Positions 1-13,757 are shown, counted from the first letter of the stretch. The stretch: 64,000 nt of DNA from Basidiobolus meristosporus CBS 931.73 (GCA_002104905.1 MCFE01000320.1:1-64000), one strand, 5' to 3'. Notes: generated by a model from the sequence alone, not told the origin. A program made the numbers and translations.

Positions 1-171
1 CTATCAAAGAATGACCCTGAATGCTAAGATACTCTCTGTGGTTAATGCTTCAGTTGTTTTGCTCCAACTAGTTATAAACTCTGGGCTTCTTTATGAGTAA
101 GTAATAGTCCAGCTGTTATCACTATTTCTTGACAAGTTCTATGTATCCCTAATTCTAACTAAATTTCAGCA
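1..171 (+). repeat. 3' part of a copia family-1 LTR (runs off window start)
   Basis: Ends ...AAATTTCAGCA, immediately followed by a PBS-like GGTTGTTAGCC; visibly homologous but diverged from the LTR at 2200-2569. Confidence 0.75.
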
Positions 172-2199
172 GGTTGTTAGCCACAAGTGTGTTAATCTAA
201 TCAAAAGATGACATCTACCAGCAAATAGAGCAATTAAACATCTTCCTTACAACACAAAGGGTTAGTGGAGAGAACTACCAACTTTGGAGATTCAAGATGC
301 ACATACACCTTGCAAAAGGTAGGCTTTGGAATGTTTTACCAGGCAAGGAGGTTAAGCCCACAGAAATAGCAGAGGTAGCTCAAAAGCTTCAAGAAAAGGA
401 GAAAAAAGCCATCAATGCCATTTGTATTAATGTGCAAGATTCCTTCATCAGCAAATTCATGCTTTAATACTCCCTATGTAGCATAGGAATCCCTGGAGAA
501 GATCTTCAGAGCAAAGTAAGTCAGAGGCAAGTTTTTTTAAAAAGAATATTCCTTAACAAGACAAAGAGTACATAGGCTAACCAGCTGAAGCTTGTTACCA
601 TAATGTGAACACTTGTAGAGGAACTTCACAGTAGCAATACTGGTGTAAATGATGAAGAAAAGATACTTGTTGTGATTTACAGCTTACCAGACAAGTATAG
701 AACACTCATACTTTCTTTTGAAGGCAGAGAAGATAAGCGGACACTACACTGTGTCAAAATATGACTTCTTCATGAAGAACCTAGATATAATGACCAAGCC
801 AAGAAAATTGAAGACATTACTTAATTCTGCTACTGCTTGATTCAGCTCAGAAAGGCACACTAAAAAGCAGGGAAGGTAACAGAACCAAAGCAAGCCTGGT
901 TACTGTAACTTCTGTAGGAAGTCTTGGCACCATGCAAGAGAAAGCAAGAAGAAACAAGCAGCCAAAAAACAGAAACTAGAGCAAGCACCCCATACAACTA
1001 CAGAAGAACAGTTATTTGTAGCTGTACAGGAGAGCGGACGTGACTAAAGTTATGAAGAGTACATTGAATCTGGAGCATCTCTGCATATTTGATATATAAA
1101 GGAGTGGTGCAGCAACTTACTGGCTATTATCATAAGAAATTTTTATCTGGAAGATAACTCTGCACTGGAAGCTACCACAAGTGCAACTTGGCAGCTAAAT
1201 ATAAGTGATATCTCAGGGGTAATAGCAGCAAAACTGACTGACCTAATCTATATGCCAATAATAGCTGAAAACCTGATCCCAGTCCAAGAAGTAACCACTC
1301 AAGGGCTGAAATCTGCGGTTACTAAGTTGAGCTGCTCAGTATTGGGTGAAAAAAGGCAACTATTACCTTTAGGAATCAGAGTTCACTATATACAAGTTAA
1401 AATGCAAGATCATTGCTGATGAGTATGTCAGCTCTGTTGAAACTTATGCAACTATCTGGGGGATGTAGGTTAGAAGGCTAGGACACATTGGGCACCCAAA
1501 AATGAGCCAATTGGTGAGATGTTAACTTGCCTTGAGCCTAAATTACTCAGTTCCAAAGAATCAAGTATATGCAAGAGATGTTCTTATATCAAAGAAGTCA
1601 GGCAAGATTTCTGGAGCTCAGGAGGCATTAGTACTACCAAAGTATTGACTATTGTGCACTCAGACATATGCAGGCCCATGAGAGCACTGTCCATTGGAGC
1701 CAATACATACTCTATAATATTTATTAATGACAAGACAAGATATACATTGATATATTTGGTGTAACTTGAAGGTACTTTGGAGTGATAATGAGCAGGAATA
1801 CTGCTCAAAGGAGTTTTCAAAATACTGCACAACCAGTGGTATACTCCAACAGACTATTGATGCATATACTCTACAGCAAAATGGAGTAGCAGAACAACGA
1901 GAATAATAGTAGAGATATGAAGATCTATGCCACATGAAAAGGGAATGGACTAAGAATTCTGGGCTGAGTGCGTTGCTACTGAGGTTCACATTAGATATAG
2001 ATGCCCATCAGCAGCACTATGTAGTTTTAAAGCTTTTGAGGCATATGCTGGCAAAGGGACAGACCTCTTGCTCCTCAGGATCCTTGGAGGTATTGACAAC
2101 TAGGGCATCCCAGACAAAAAAAGCTCAATCTCAAAACAAAGAGCAGAAAAGCTATCTTTCTTGGCTATTAGGACTGAGAAACCATTAGGTGTGGGGGAG
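172..2199 (+). mobile_element. Degenerate Ty1/copia family-1 internal region (gag, protease, GAG-pre-integrase, integrase; RT/RNase H deleted)
   Basis: Broken frames give gag zinc knuckle (C..C.KSWH), protease-like YIESGASLHI and integrase-like IVHSDICRPM...IFINDKTRY; integrase tail runs directly into purine tract AGGTGTGGGGGAG and the next LTR. Confidence 0.85.
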
Positions 2200-2569
2200 T
2201 GTTGAAATATTGAGCTATTTGGAATCATTCAGCAGCTAAAGACTTACTTAGCAATTCTGGACTAGTCTTGGTCACTGTGGAACTAATCTTTAGCTCTAAC
2301 TTTGGCACTTTCTTGAGATCTATGATTGTATGATTACTCCCTTATACTGAAGATCAATTTAGCACTATTACTGAACATTATGCACCAACCCTGAAGCTGT
2401 TACCAAATGCTCCTGAATATTGAGAAACCCTCCTAAACTTAGTGTTACTGCTGTAGTACTTCTATGAAAGTATAAATACTGAGCTTCTTAATCAGTAAAC
2501 AACAGTTCAATTATTATCACTATTTCTTGATAAGTTCCTTATATCCAAATCACTTCTTAAATTGCAACA
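2200..2569 (+). repeat. Copia family-1 LTR (370 bp, TG...CA) shared by two tandem internal regions
   Basis: TGTTGAAATAT...TTGCAACA; preceded by PPT and followed by PBS GGTTATGAGCCC; homologous reverse copies at 9871-10237 and 15781-16147. Confidence 0.9.
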
Positions 2570-4962
2570 GGTTATGAGCCCCAATTGCCTTAATCTATTC
2601 TACAGAATGACTTTTACCAGCAAACACAACAACACAAACATCTCCCTGTAAAAGAGAGGTTTGATAGGAACAACTACAGACTTTGGAGAATCAAGTTGCA
2701 GATCCACCTTGAGGAAAGGAAGCTTTGGAATATAGTAACAGGAAAAGAAGTTGAGCCCAAAAGAGCAGCAGAAGAAGTGGTGAAGTTTCCAGAGGAGGAG
2801 AGAAGGCCTTTAATGCCATATTTATTAATGAGCAAGATTCCCTCATTAGACAAATTCATGCTTCAAATGCTGCCAAATCAGCATGGCTTTATATAGAAAA
2901 GATCCTTAGAGCAAAGTTAGTATCAAGCCAGCTTTATTCAGGACAAAAGTTCTTCAACATGAGGAAGAAACCAGATGATGACATGCTACAACTCATTAAC
3001 AGAATAGAGCCACTTGCAGAAGTGTTTTACAGTATTAATACTGGTGTAAATGATGAAGAACAGATACTCTGTCTGCTTTGCACCCTACCAGGCAAGTTTG
3101 ATCCACTCATACTTTTTTTGAAAGTAGTGAAGACAATTTGATGTTAGAATATGTTGAAGGAAGACTTTGCCATGAAGAACTCAGACATGGTGATCAAGCA
3201 GAGAAAATTGAAGACAATGTTTTGTTCATCTCAGAAAGGCACTCAGAAAAGAAGGGGAAGCAACAAAACCAAAGAAAACCTGATTGCTGCAACTATTGTA
3301 AAAAGCCAGGACACAGGGCAAGAGAATGCAAGAAGAAACAAGCACACAAAAAACAGAAACTAGAGCAGGCAAACCACACAACTACTGATGAACAGCTATT
3401 TGTAACTGTACAAGAGAGTTCAAGTAACCAAAGTAATGTATGGTATATTGATTCTTGAGTATCATGGCATATTTGTGTTATAAAGGAGTGGTTCAGTAAC
3501 TTAAACACTTTTCCTGTTGGAAAGGTTTTTCTGAGAGATAACTCTGCTCTGGAAGCTACTGCCAGTGGGTCTATACAACTAAATATGAGTGATAGCTCAG
3601 GGGCAACAACAGCAACACTGACTGACATACTTGATTTACCAGGAATAGCTAAGAACCTACTCTCTGTCAGTAAAGAAAACTGCTCAGGGACTGATATTTG
3701 TTTTTACTAAGATGAGCTGCTCAATATTGAGTGAAAAGGGACAAAAATTGGCTTTGGGAATCAGATATCACAACAGCTACAAGTTGCACTGCAAGATCAT
3801 TGTACCTGAATATGTCAACATTGCTGAAACTGATAAACTAACTGGGAGACATGGCATAGGAGGCTGGGACACATTGGGGAACAGTAAATGAGCCAAATGG
3901 TGAGAAATTCAGCTTGTTTTGGGCCTAAAATACGCAATTCAATGTGACGGGTATTGTGAAAATACTGAATGGTATAGAGTGTATGATGGCAAAATTCAGA
4001 AGCTGATCAAGAGCAGGGACATTGCATTTGGGAGAATTCAGATCACAAAGCCACTGAAATCATTGGCCAGCTGCCTGATGATGCGATCAATACTAATCAA
4101 GAAGATATGTACCAAATTCAGCCTGACACAGAATATACTTCTACCAGTTCCAGATCAGAGCAGATTATCCCAGTTTGGAGATCTACCAGAATAAGAATAG
4201 CCCCTGGATCCTGATGGCAGATATTTAATGATCATGAAGAAGTTTATCTTGCCTTATGTGCCAAACCTCAGAATCTGGAACAGGCAATGCAAAGATCAGA
4301 TGCTACTATGTGGCAACAAGCCATGCCAGAGGAGTACCAATCCTTAATCAAGGCAAAAACATGGGAACTGGTAGATTTACCAAATGGGAGAAAGCCAATA
4401 GGATCTAGATGGGTCTACAAGATCAAGATAACCTCAAACAGTGCTGTTGATAAGTACAAGGTTAGATTGGTGGCTAAAGGCTATTCCCAGATCCAGGGTC
4501 TAAACTTTAAGGAGAAATATGCTCCAGTTGCCAGGTTTAGCTCCATTAGGACAGTTCTAGCACTGGCAGCTGTACATGGTCTAGATGTACACCAAATGGA
4601 CATCAAAACAGCCTCTCTAAATGGGGATTTGCAAGAAACTCTATATATGGAGTGACCAGAAGGCTTTACAGATTCCACAAGACCCCCATAAGGTGTGCAA
4701 ACTTAGAAAATTTTTGTATCAGCTTAGGCAGGCACCTAGAGCATTGTATAACAAGATTGACACAAACCTAGAGGAAATTGGGTTCTCTTGTAGCACTGCA
4801 GATCACAGTATATATGTGAAACAGCTCAAAAAGGGTGTGATTGTCCTGGGATTTTATGTGGACAACGTAATTATAGTTACAGGTGGCCAAGAGGCACTTA
4901 AACAGATGAAATTGGATCTCTTCAGCAAGTTTGAGATGAAGCATCTTGAGAACTTGAGCTAA
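2570..4962 (+). mobile_element. Degenerate copia family-1 internal region (gag, protease, integrase core deleted, truncated RT)
   Basis: ORF fragments: gag CNYCKKPGHRARECKK, protease WYIDS, RT WELVDLPNGRKPIGSRWVYKIK...YKVRLVAKGYSQ...HQMDIKTA...FYVDNVII. Confidence 0.9.
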
Positions 4963-4964
4963 AT

Positions 4965-5310
4965 GGAACCGGAGGAATTATCATTTGTTTCTGACTGAAT
5001 TAGGTATGTATCTTCTGCATTAGTGTGGATTGCATCATCAGGCAGCTGGCCAAAGATTTTAGTGGCATTGTGATCTAAATTCTGCTCATTTACAATAGCC
5101 CTGCTCTTGACCAGCTTCTGAATTTTGCCATATTACATATATGCCTTTTAGTTTCTTCATAATTCCCAAGAATGATCCCTTTCCTACTCTTTGGTTCCAA
5201 CTTTGAGCATTTTTTGTCAGGGATGTGACAATGAACATCACTGCCAAAGATTTTGAGGCGCTGGAGATTTGGTTATTGCCTGTGTATGCTTCACAGGGTG
5301 TGGAATCATG
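4965..5310 (-). mobile_element. Inverted fragment of copia family-1 integrase C-terminus
   Basis: Reverse complement matches 3950-4150 and encodes integrase-tail-like STPCEAYTG; edges approximate. Confidence 0.7.
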
Positions 5311-5909
5311 AAAAGCATATAAGGGAGGCTCTCCCTCAACAATAAATCATCATCCCTTTTATCAATATACCAACTTGTTGATTAGTGTGATCACTGCTAC
5401 CTGCTGCTACCTGAACTTCCAACCCTAGACCACAGGACACTCCCAGGAAACCGCGCTGACAGCCAACTGACCTTGGAGGCACTACTTGTGAGGAATACTC
5501 AGAGTAGGTATCTTTTATTATATTTGATTCTTTCCCAAGTTTGTTCTTGTACAGGCAAAGATACTTTTCTGTCTTTGTAACTATTGACCAAAGCTGCATT
5601 CTTATCAAGTCCCTGCTGGTGGAGTTTACAGTTGTTTTGACTTTGGAAGCTTTAGTACATTGTCATCTCAAAGGACGCTGAACCCAACACATACTTTTGT
5701 TAAGACGCCAACTAAGTTGGGGATTGTAGCTCAATAGTTTTCCCTTGACAAGCTTGTGGCTTTATTCCCCTTCACATTAGATTAGAGACAGAACCCAAGT
5801 ATTCCTAGCAAGCTTTTGCCAGAGGTTATTGCACCCAGTGAACACCCCACACACAAAACACTTGAGAAGTGTTGGACGTATCTCTCCCTTGGACTTATAC
5901 ACCACCACA
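5310..5909 (+). repeat. 5'-truncated LTR of the TGTAGT...ACCACCACA family (subtype b)
   Basis: Near-copy of 6385-6983 (TATATAAG, AATAAA, terminal ACCACCACA); followed by CCGC and the full LTR. Confidence 0.85.
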
Positions 5910-5913
5910 CCGC

Positions 5914-6983
5914 TGTAGTGGGGTGACAGTGACACCCACTGACAGATGTGCTCATTCCCATATTTTCTACTTCCCTATATCTCTACTACACTTATTTTAG
6001 TTTTATCCCATTTGTCTTACCCAATCAGTACTATCCCATAAGCCGGTTGACTATCACACCTGCTTACCTTATTGCATAAGTTACCCCTCACTTTATGTAA
6101 GATTACTAGCTACAAGTACTTCTATATTAGGCAAGTACCTGTGCCAGTACCCATGACACATGATCAACCCGTGTCACCATGCCTACCATTTCCATACCAT
6201 ATATGGTATCCCCATGTTACACAGGTTTCAGAATACTGATTCCTGATTGGTTGGATGTGCTGTGCCTCTTAGAACCTTCCGGCACCTACTTAGAACATTC
6301 TTAGGTCATTCTGATGTCATTAAGATTTCTATTGATATCTGGAACCTTCTGGAACACCATGATTAGTAATCACTTAGCCAGTAAGAAAAGTATATAAGGG
6401 AGGCTATCCCTCAACAATAAATCATCATCCCTTTTATCAATATACCAACTTGTTGATTAGTGTGATCACTGCTACCTACTGCTACCTGAACTTCCAACCC
6501 CAGACCAAAGGACACTCCCAGGAAACCATGCTGACAGCCAACTGACCTTGGAAGCACTACTCGTGAGGAATACTCAGAGTAGGTATCTTTTATTATATTT
6601 GATTCATTCCCAAGTCTGTTCTTGTACAGGCAAAGATACTTTTCTGTCTTTGTAACTATTGATCACAGCTGCATTCTTATCAAGTCCCTGCTGGTGGAGT
6701 TTTCAGTTGCTTTGACTTTGGAAGCTTTAGTACATTGTCATCTCAAAGGACACTGAACCCAGCACATACTTTTGTTAAGACGCCAACTAAGTTGGGGATT
6801 GTAGCTCAATAGTTTCCCTTTACAAGCTTGTGGCTTTATTCCCCTTCACATTAGATTAGAAACAGAACCCAAGTATTCCTAGCAAGCTTTTGCCAGAGGT
6901 TATTGCACCCAGTGAACACCCCACACACAAAACACTTGAGAAGTGTTGGACGTATCTCTCCCTTGGACCTATACACCACCACA
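5914..6983 (+). repeat. Solo LTR (~1070 bp), TGTAGT family subtype b
   Basis: TGTAGTGGGG...ACCACCACA termini, TATA and AATAAA on + strand, flanked by CCGC (5910-5913) and CTGC (6984-6987); reverse copy at 24790-25860. Confidence 0.88.
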
Positions 6984-6987
6984 CTGC

Positions 6988-7339
6988 TTGAATGTTTAAG
7001 TTAGATCAGTTTTTAGTCAAATCAATTAGTATATGTTTAGGTTATCAGTATATCAGTATTATCTATGAAATCAGTAGCATTAGTCAGCAAATGAATTAGC
7101 AGATCCTTATCTGACAAAAATAGATATATTAAGTAAGATCTTATTGGGTGATGATGATGCAATCAAATGAGTCATCAGCCACAACCTACATTAGGAAATA
7201 CAATTAGTCAGCAATTGATATGGCAAAATGTATATAAGGAGCTGCTGGAACCTGAATAAAAATCAGTTTAGGTTTTAGTGAATACAATACTAGCTAAACT
7301 CCCTATTCCTCTACAACTCTTATACCAAGACTTGTAACA
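6988..7339 (+). repeat. Probable 3' part of an LTR of another family
   Basis: Non-coding, contains TATATAAG and AATAAA, ends CTTGTAACA abutting copia integrase sequence; no second copy in window. Confidence 0.5.
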
Positions 7340-10237
7340 CCAGTAGAGGAGCAGTCTTTTGGAAACTCCTTTGAGCAGTATTCTCCTCCATTGCCACTTT
7401 GTAGTACTGTCAATTTACACCCAATTTGTGTTTCTGCCATGTTCGTAAAGTGCTAAAGCATCTCTAAAGCTTCATTCTTTGTTTTGACAAAGTACGCTCA
7501 TGTAAATCTTGTTTTTCATCAATAAATGTCATGAAGTATCTCTTGGCTCCAAAGCACAGTGTTTTCATGGGGCCACATATGTCTGGGTGTACAGTAGCTA
7601 ATATTTTGGTAGAATATATGCCTTCTGAGCTCTTGAAATGTTGCCTAGCTTGTTTGCCAAATGAACATCCATTATAAACTTTCAATCTGATTGGAATTGA
7701 GTATTTTAGGCCCAAAATAAGCTGATTTTCACCCATTGGCTCATTTTCTGTTCCCCAATGTGTCCTAGCCTCCTGTGCCATGTCTCTCAGTTGGTTTCAT
7801 CAGTTTCAGCAATGTTGACATACCCAAGTAGAATGATCTTACATTGTAACTTGTATATATTATGATCTTTGATTCCTAAAGCTAAATTTGTTCATTTTCA
7901 CTCAAAATTGAGCAGCTCATCTTAGCAAAAACAAGTTTCAGTCCCTGAGCAGTTGCTTTACTGACTGAGAGTAGGTTCTAGCAATTACAGGTACATAGAG
8001 TATGTCAGTCAGTCTTGCTGTTGTTGCCCCTGAGCTATCACTCATATTTAGTTGTATATACCCCCTGGCGGTGTGGTGGTGTAGAGGTACTCCTGGGAGA
8101 AGCTAAACAACTCAAGGTGTGTGAGATGTCTGATGGGTGCAATAACCTCTGTGACTAAACTGCTGGTGTCTTTGTCAATATGTCACTATGGTAAAAGCTC
8201 CTGCTTCTCTAGCTTCCTAGGTGCTCCAAGTGTCTCCAAAGGCCTCTGTGTGTCTTGTGCACTACCCTGAAAAGCTCCTTGCTGGCAGGTCTGAGATGTA
8301 CTGTTGAAGGCAGGTGCAGTGATCAACTGCTAATCAATAAGGTAGAAGTTTTACTGATAGAAGGGATGATTTATTGATGAGGGATTGCTTTCCCTTAAAT
8401 ACCTTTCCTGATTGCCAAGTGATTACTAATGACAAGGTTCTAGAAGATTCTAGGTATCAGTGGAATTCTTGATGACATCACTATGAGCTAAAAATATGCC
8501 AAGAATGTCCTGGAAGGTTCTAAAAGGCACAGCACTCTCAACCAATCAGGAATCAGTAGTCTGAAACATGTGCAACATAGAAATACCATATATGGTATTG
8601 AAATGGTAGGGATGGTAACACAGACCCAGGTCTTGTGTCACTGGTACTGACACGGGTACTTGCCTTATATAGATACATCTACTGATCACAAAGCTGAATA
8701 ATATCTGGGATAACTAATGCTAATAACTGATCAGGGTAAACATCATATGGGGATAATACTGATAATATGGGCAAAAGAAGAATGGGATAATACTGATAAG
8801 ATAAAATATGGATAAGTATATCATAATTACTATAGGAATAAACTTGTCTGTGGGAGGTATGTTTACCCTACCACAGAGGTAGCTTCCAGAGCAGAGTTAT
8901 CTCCCGGAAAAACCTTTCTTATGGGAAAAGTCTTTAAGTTACTGAACCACTCCTTTATTGCACAAATATGCTGTGATGCTCCAGAGTCAATATATCATTC
9001 ATTACTTTAGTTACTAGCACTCCCTTGAACAGTTACAAATAACTGTTCATCAGTAGTTATATGGTTTGCCTGATCCAGTTTCTATTTATTGTCTGCTTGC
9101 TGCTTCTTGCATTCTCTTGCCCAGTGTCTGGGCTTCTTACAGTAGTTACAGCAACCAGGTTTCCTTTGGTTTAGTTGCTTACCCTTCTTTTCTTAGTGCC
9201 TCTCTGAGCCAAATAAAGCACTCTCTTCAATTTTCTCTGCTAGATCATTACATCTGAGTTCTTCACGGAGAAGTCATCCTTCAATATAGTGTAAAGTCAA
9301 ATTGTCTTCTCTGCTTTCAAAAGAAAGTATATGTAGCTCATACTAATCTGGTAGGCTGCCAAGCAGGCTGAGTATCATTTCTTCATCATCTACACCAGCA
9401 TTAATACTGTAAATTTGTTCTGCAGGTGTCTTCATTCTGGTAATGAGCTGTAGCATGTCATCATCTGGCTTCTTCCTCATGTTAAAGAACTTTTGTTTTA
9501 AATAAAGCTTGCTTGATACTGACTTTGCTCTAAAGATCTTCTCTAAGGATTCCCATGCTGCTCTGGCAGTATTGGGGGCATGGATTTGTCCAATGAAGGA
9601 ATCTTGCACATTGATACATATGGCATTAAAGGCCTTTCTCTCCTTCTCTTGAAACTTCTCCACTTCTTATGCTGTTGCTTTGGGCTTAACTTCTTTTCCT
9701 GTTACTATATTTCAAAGCTTCCTTTCCTTAAGGTGGATCTGCATCTTAATTCTCCAAAGTCTGTAGTTCATCCCATCAAACCTCTCCTTTACAGGGAAGA
9801 TATTTGCATTTTTCTGTTTGCTGGTAGAAGTCATCTTTAGAATAGATCAAGGCAATTGGGGCTCATAATCTGTTGCAATTTAAGAAGTGATTTGGATATA
9901 AGGAACTTATCAAGAAATAGTGATAATAGTTGAACTGCTGTTTATTAATAAAGAAGCTCAATTTTAATACTTTTGTAGAAGTAATACAGCTGTAACACTA
10001 AGTAAGGAGGGTTTCTCAATATTCAGGAGCATTCTGTAACATTTCAGGGTTGTATATAATACTTGGTGATAGTGCTAATCTAATCCTGACTATAAGGGAA
10101 TAATCATAAGAGCATAGATCTGAAGAAAGTGGCAATGTTAGAGCTGTAAATTAGTCCCACAGTGACCAAGACTAGTCCAGAATTGTTAAGTAAATTTTCA
10201 GCTGCTGAATGATGCCAAATAGCCCAATATTTTAACA
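7340..10237 (-). mobile_element. Degenerate copia family-1 element (5' LTR 9871-10237, PBS, gag, protease, integrase), 3'-truncated
   Basis: Reverse complement of the 2200-3900 type sequence; ORFs ...AFNAICINVQDSF... and ...VHPDICGPMKTLCFGAKRYFMTFIDE; interrupted by solo LTR 8072-8875. Confidence 0.9.
8072..8875 (-). repeat. Solo LTR (~804 bp), TGTGGT family subtype a
   Basis: TGTGGTGG...CTACCACA on + strand; splits the copia protease region; flanks GCGG / GAGG; homologous copies at 20780-21583 and 37411-38222. Confidence 0.88.
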
Positions 10238-10520
10238 GGGTACCTAGTGTAAAATGGCAAAACCTGGGAGCTCACCAAGAGCACAGATGTTATTATTGAG
10301 GAAAACTCAGATCAGTAAGCTACTGAGAGCATTGCCCAAATACCTGATGATAAAATCACCACTAATGAGGAAGATATGTACCTAATCCAGCCAGCTATGT
10401 AAAAAAATACACAGTTCTAGATCAAAACAGATTATACCAGTTAGGGGATGTACCATAATTAGATATGCCCCTGGGCATTGGTTGTAGATGTCTAACAACC
10501 ATGAAGAAATTTATCTTGCA
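10238..10520 (+). mobile_element. Copia family-1 integrase-RT linker fragment
   Basis: Aligns by eye to 4030-4260; edges approximate. Confidence 0.6.
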
Positions 10521-13500
10521 GAACTGCAGTTTCTTTTGTATGATTCCCTGTCTAAGGCTGGGGTAGACTTTTTTCACTTTACCTTTTTGTTTGTCACTTC
10601 CAGGTCTTTCACTCCTACTTTTTATGAGTGTTTCTTGTGATGAGATATGTTTTCTCCTTGATAAATTCTGCTTGGACACATCTGTTTTGGCCTGCTTGTC
10701 CCTTGCTGGCACTCACTTGGTAACTTGAAATTGGTATGCTGCTTGTTTCAAGCTCTCAGCTGAAGTTGTGATTGGCTCCTGAGAAGGCCACTTGTTTTAT
10801 TCACTGCCATGACCTTCACTGCTACTTTGACTGAGTGCATCTTGAGTGGTACTACGCTATTTTCTTGATAGATGTTGTGCTGGTGCATCTGTGTCTACCT
10901 GCTTGTCCCTTACTGGCACTCTTCCAGCTACCTGTATGGAGCTTTTGGCCTTGCTTGTAATGTGCACTTGAGGAAGCCACTGGCTTTTAGCCATTGCACC
11001 CTTGCTTCTCTGCCTCTCATAGTTTTGACTATTCTTAAGATACTTTCCTTGCATACCAATGCTGGCCCAAAATCTGTTTGCCTGTATGAATCCAGGACAA
11101 TGCTCATGGAACAAGTCATGTGCATTCTGCTTGGCCTTTAGTTTCTGATGGTCCCATGGTATGCCGGCCTCAAGGTGATGGCATGCTAGACTCTTAACAG
11201 CCACTTGAATATTGACTCACACTTCATTTTGTACTCAATGGCTTCACAGATCTTCAATGTCTTTTGATTTTTAGTCTTTGGTATATACACCACATTGTCC
11301 CCCTCCCATGCTGTAAGAGGCTTTTCTGTGGGCTTTATCTTTGGCACTGTTGTTGTGCTTCAAGGACTTTACAGTGTTCCTCTACTGTTACATTGGGAAA
11401 TGGCTCAATTGTTGGCTGTGACATTTAGCTAATTAAGTTCCTTTTTCTTGATAAATGTTGTGCTAGTGCATCCATGTCTGCCTGTTTGTCATTAATTGGC
11501 CCTCTTCCAGCTACCTAATTTCTCTTTGACGCTTGACTGGAGCTTTTGGCCCTGCTTGTAATTGGCACTTGAGGAAGCCGCTGGCTTTTAGCCATGGCAC
11601 CCTTGTTCTTTTGCCTTTGATAGTTTCTGCTATTCTTAAGATACTTTTTTAGCATACCAATGCTGGCGCAAAATATGTTTGCCCATTTGACTCCAGGATA
11701 ATGCTCATGGAACAAATCAAGCACAATCTGCTTGGCCTTGAGTTCCTGATGGCTCTAGGGTATGCTGACCTTAAGGTGATGGCATGCTAGCCTTCTGACA
11801 GCCTCTTCAATGTTAGCCCACTCTGCATCATTGCATTTGGCTTCATGAATTTTCAATGTCTTTTGATTTTTAGGCCTTGGTATAAAGACCATGCTTTCTC
11901 CCTCCCATGCTGTGACTGGTTTTTGTGTGGGCTTTATTGTTGGGCACTATTATTGTGCGTCAAAGACTGTACAATGTTTCACTGTTGATATGTCAGGAGA
12001 TTGCTTGGTTCTTGGCTGTGAGATTGAGCTGAATGAGTTCCTTCTTTGCAGCAAAGATACTGTGTTCTCTACCTGGGATATTGATTGCTCTACACTTATT
12101 ATCTGCTCATCCTGTTTCTGGACTATTTCCTGAATTTTTCTAGGCCATTGCTTCAATACTATCAGCCACTGCACCTAATTGCTCCATTAAGGCTTTGATA
12201 TCAGCTGTCAACATGCTTGTAAATATGGATGGTGGTGATGTTATGTTGGCCACTTGCTGGTCTTCAACTGAAGGTACTGCATTTGCTGCACTATCATCTG
12301 CATGAGCCTAGCAGTCAGCTTGCAGCACTGCAGTGGTTCTCAATTGCCTACCTGACTGAGAGCCAGCAGGATCCACATTATTACCTTCAGTGGGCTCACT
12401 TTCAACATGGTCTTTTTTGGATGTAGCCTTGCTTGTTGCACTGAATCTCAAAGCAAGCTGTTGTCCAACTGTTCTTCTGCTGCTGTCAGCGGTGGGCTTT
12501 GGTTGAGAAGCAGACAACTTTGCTTTGTTTTTGTCAGCATATATGTGGAAGGAAGTCAAGCCAATGGTGAAATAGTGTTTCATGTATGAGGGTATGTGGT
12601 GCCACCACTTTGTTTAAAATGCTTACTATGGCAGGTCTTCATTTAATCTTACATTCATGTAGGTGCAATATGTCAAATACAAAACTGTCTTAAATTCAAA
12701 TGAATATTGACCAAAAATTGATATAATAGTGCTAATATGTTGAAGGTCAAATTGTTTGCCCCACAGACAGTACTAATTTGATTCACCACTGTGAGAAAAG
12801 AAAAAAGACCATGTTTTTATTGTAGCAAGCTGCTCATCCATGAAACATACAGACAGTATAGGAGGTAATACAAGGATCATGGCCAATGTTTTGCCACACA
12901 TGTTATACGTGACCATTCATCAGTCACTACTATACCAATATTATATAGCCAGCCAGTTGATACTACAATATTGGCACCTGACCATCTTTGTAACTTTGCC
13001 TAAACTGAGTCAGGTGAGTTTGTGATACCTTTAGGCTCACCGCAGACTTCTAAATATGGCACACAGTGTCATAGCTCTGACAAATAAGGCTCACTGATGC
13101 ATTGTGAGCCTATCACTCCTAATAACAATACTACACATGAGCCCAGTCAAATCCCAATATGCAATGAGACAGCACCTGTTGAAACAAATGCCAAGGATAC
13201 TCTACAGAACCAAGTGAGCCCAGTAATCCATCTACTGCAAAATGATGTAATTTTGTGGCTGGAAAAGTGGCATGTTCCCACTAATATCAGTAATGGTGGC
13301 TTTGAGGATTTACTACCACTTCTTGCCAAAATTATTCTAGGATGTAACTTACCATGTGCATGGTACAAGTGGATGACCATCACGCAGCTGGCAACATATG
13401 ACCCTGACACTCTCCAGATTCCAGCATGTGCTAACAGTTGCATGGCACTCACATCCAAAAATGCCACCATTGCAACGTGTCCAAATTGTCAGGAATCTAC

Positions 13501-13757
13501 CACCATAGAGGGAAAACATTGTTCATACCCCAGATATATTCCAGTTATAAACCATTTAAAGAAGCCCTTGCAGTCCAACAAATATTGGGAAGCTATAAAG
13601 TAATGCACTCAGTATCAACCAAGCGTAAACAGTCAGACCCCATCAAGTTTTTTAACTTTATTTGGCAGTAAAATCAGCCAAATGCTGTTGTGATCCTATC
13701 ATAAAATGGTTAAGAGGGCCATTAATTCCAAGCTGCTGATATTATGATTGTCTCCAG
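10520..13757. mobile_element. CMC/EnSpm (CACTA-like) DNA transposon copy 1, truncated: accessory ORF (-) and transposase N-terminus (+)
   Basis: 13097-13603 encodes CACTA-type N-terminus (CANSC...CPNCQE...YIPV); collinear with 18770-20770; jumps to right subterminal sequence at ~13620; ~580-bp internal tandem duplication (10860-11430 vs 11440-12000). Confidence 0.8.
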
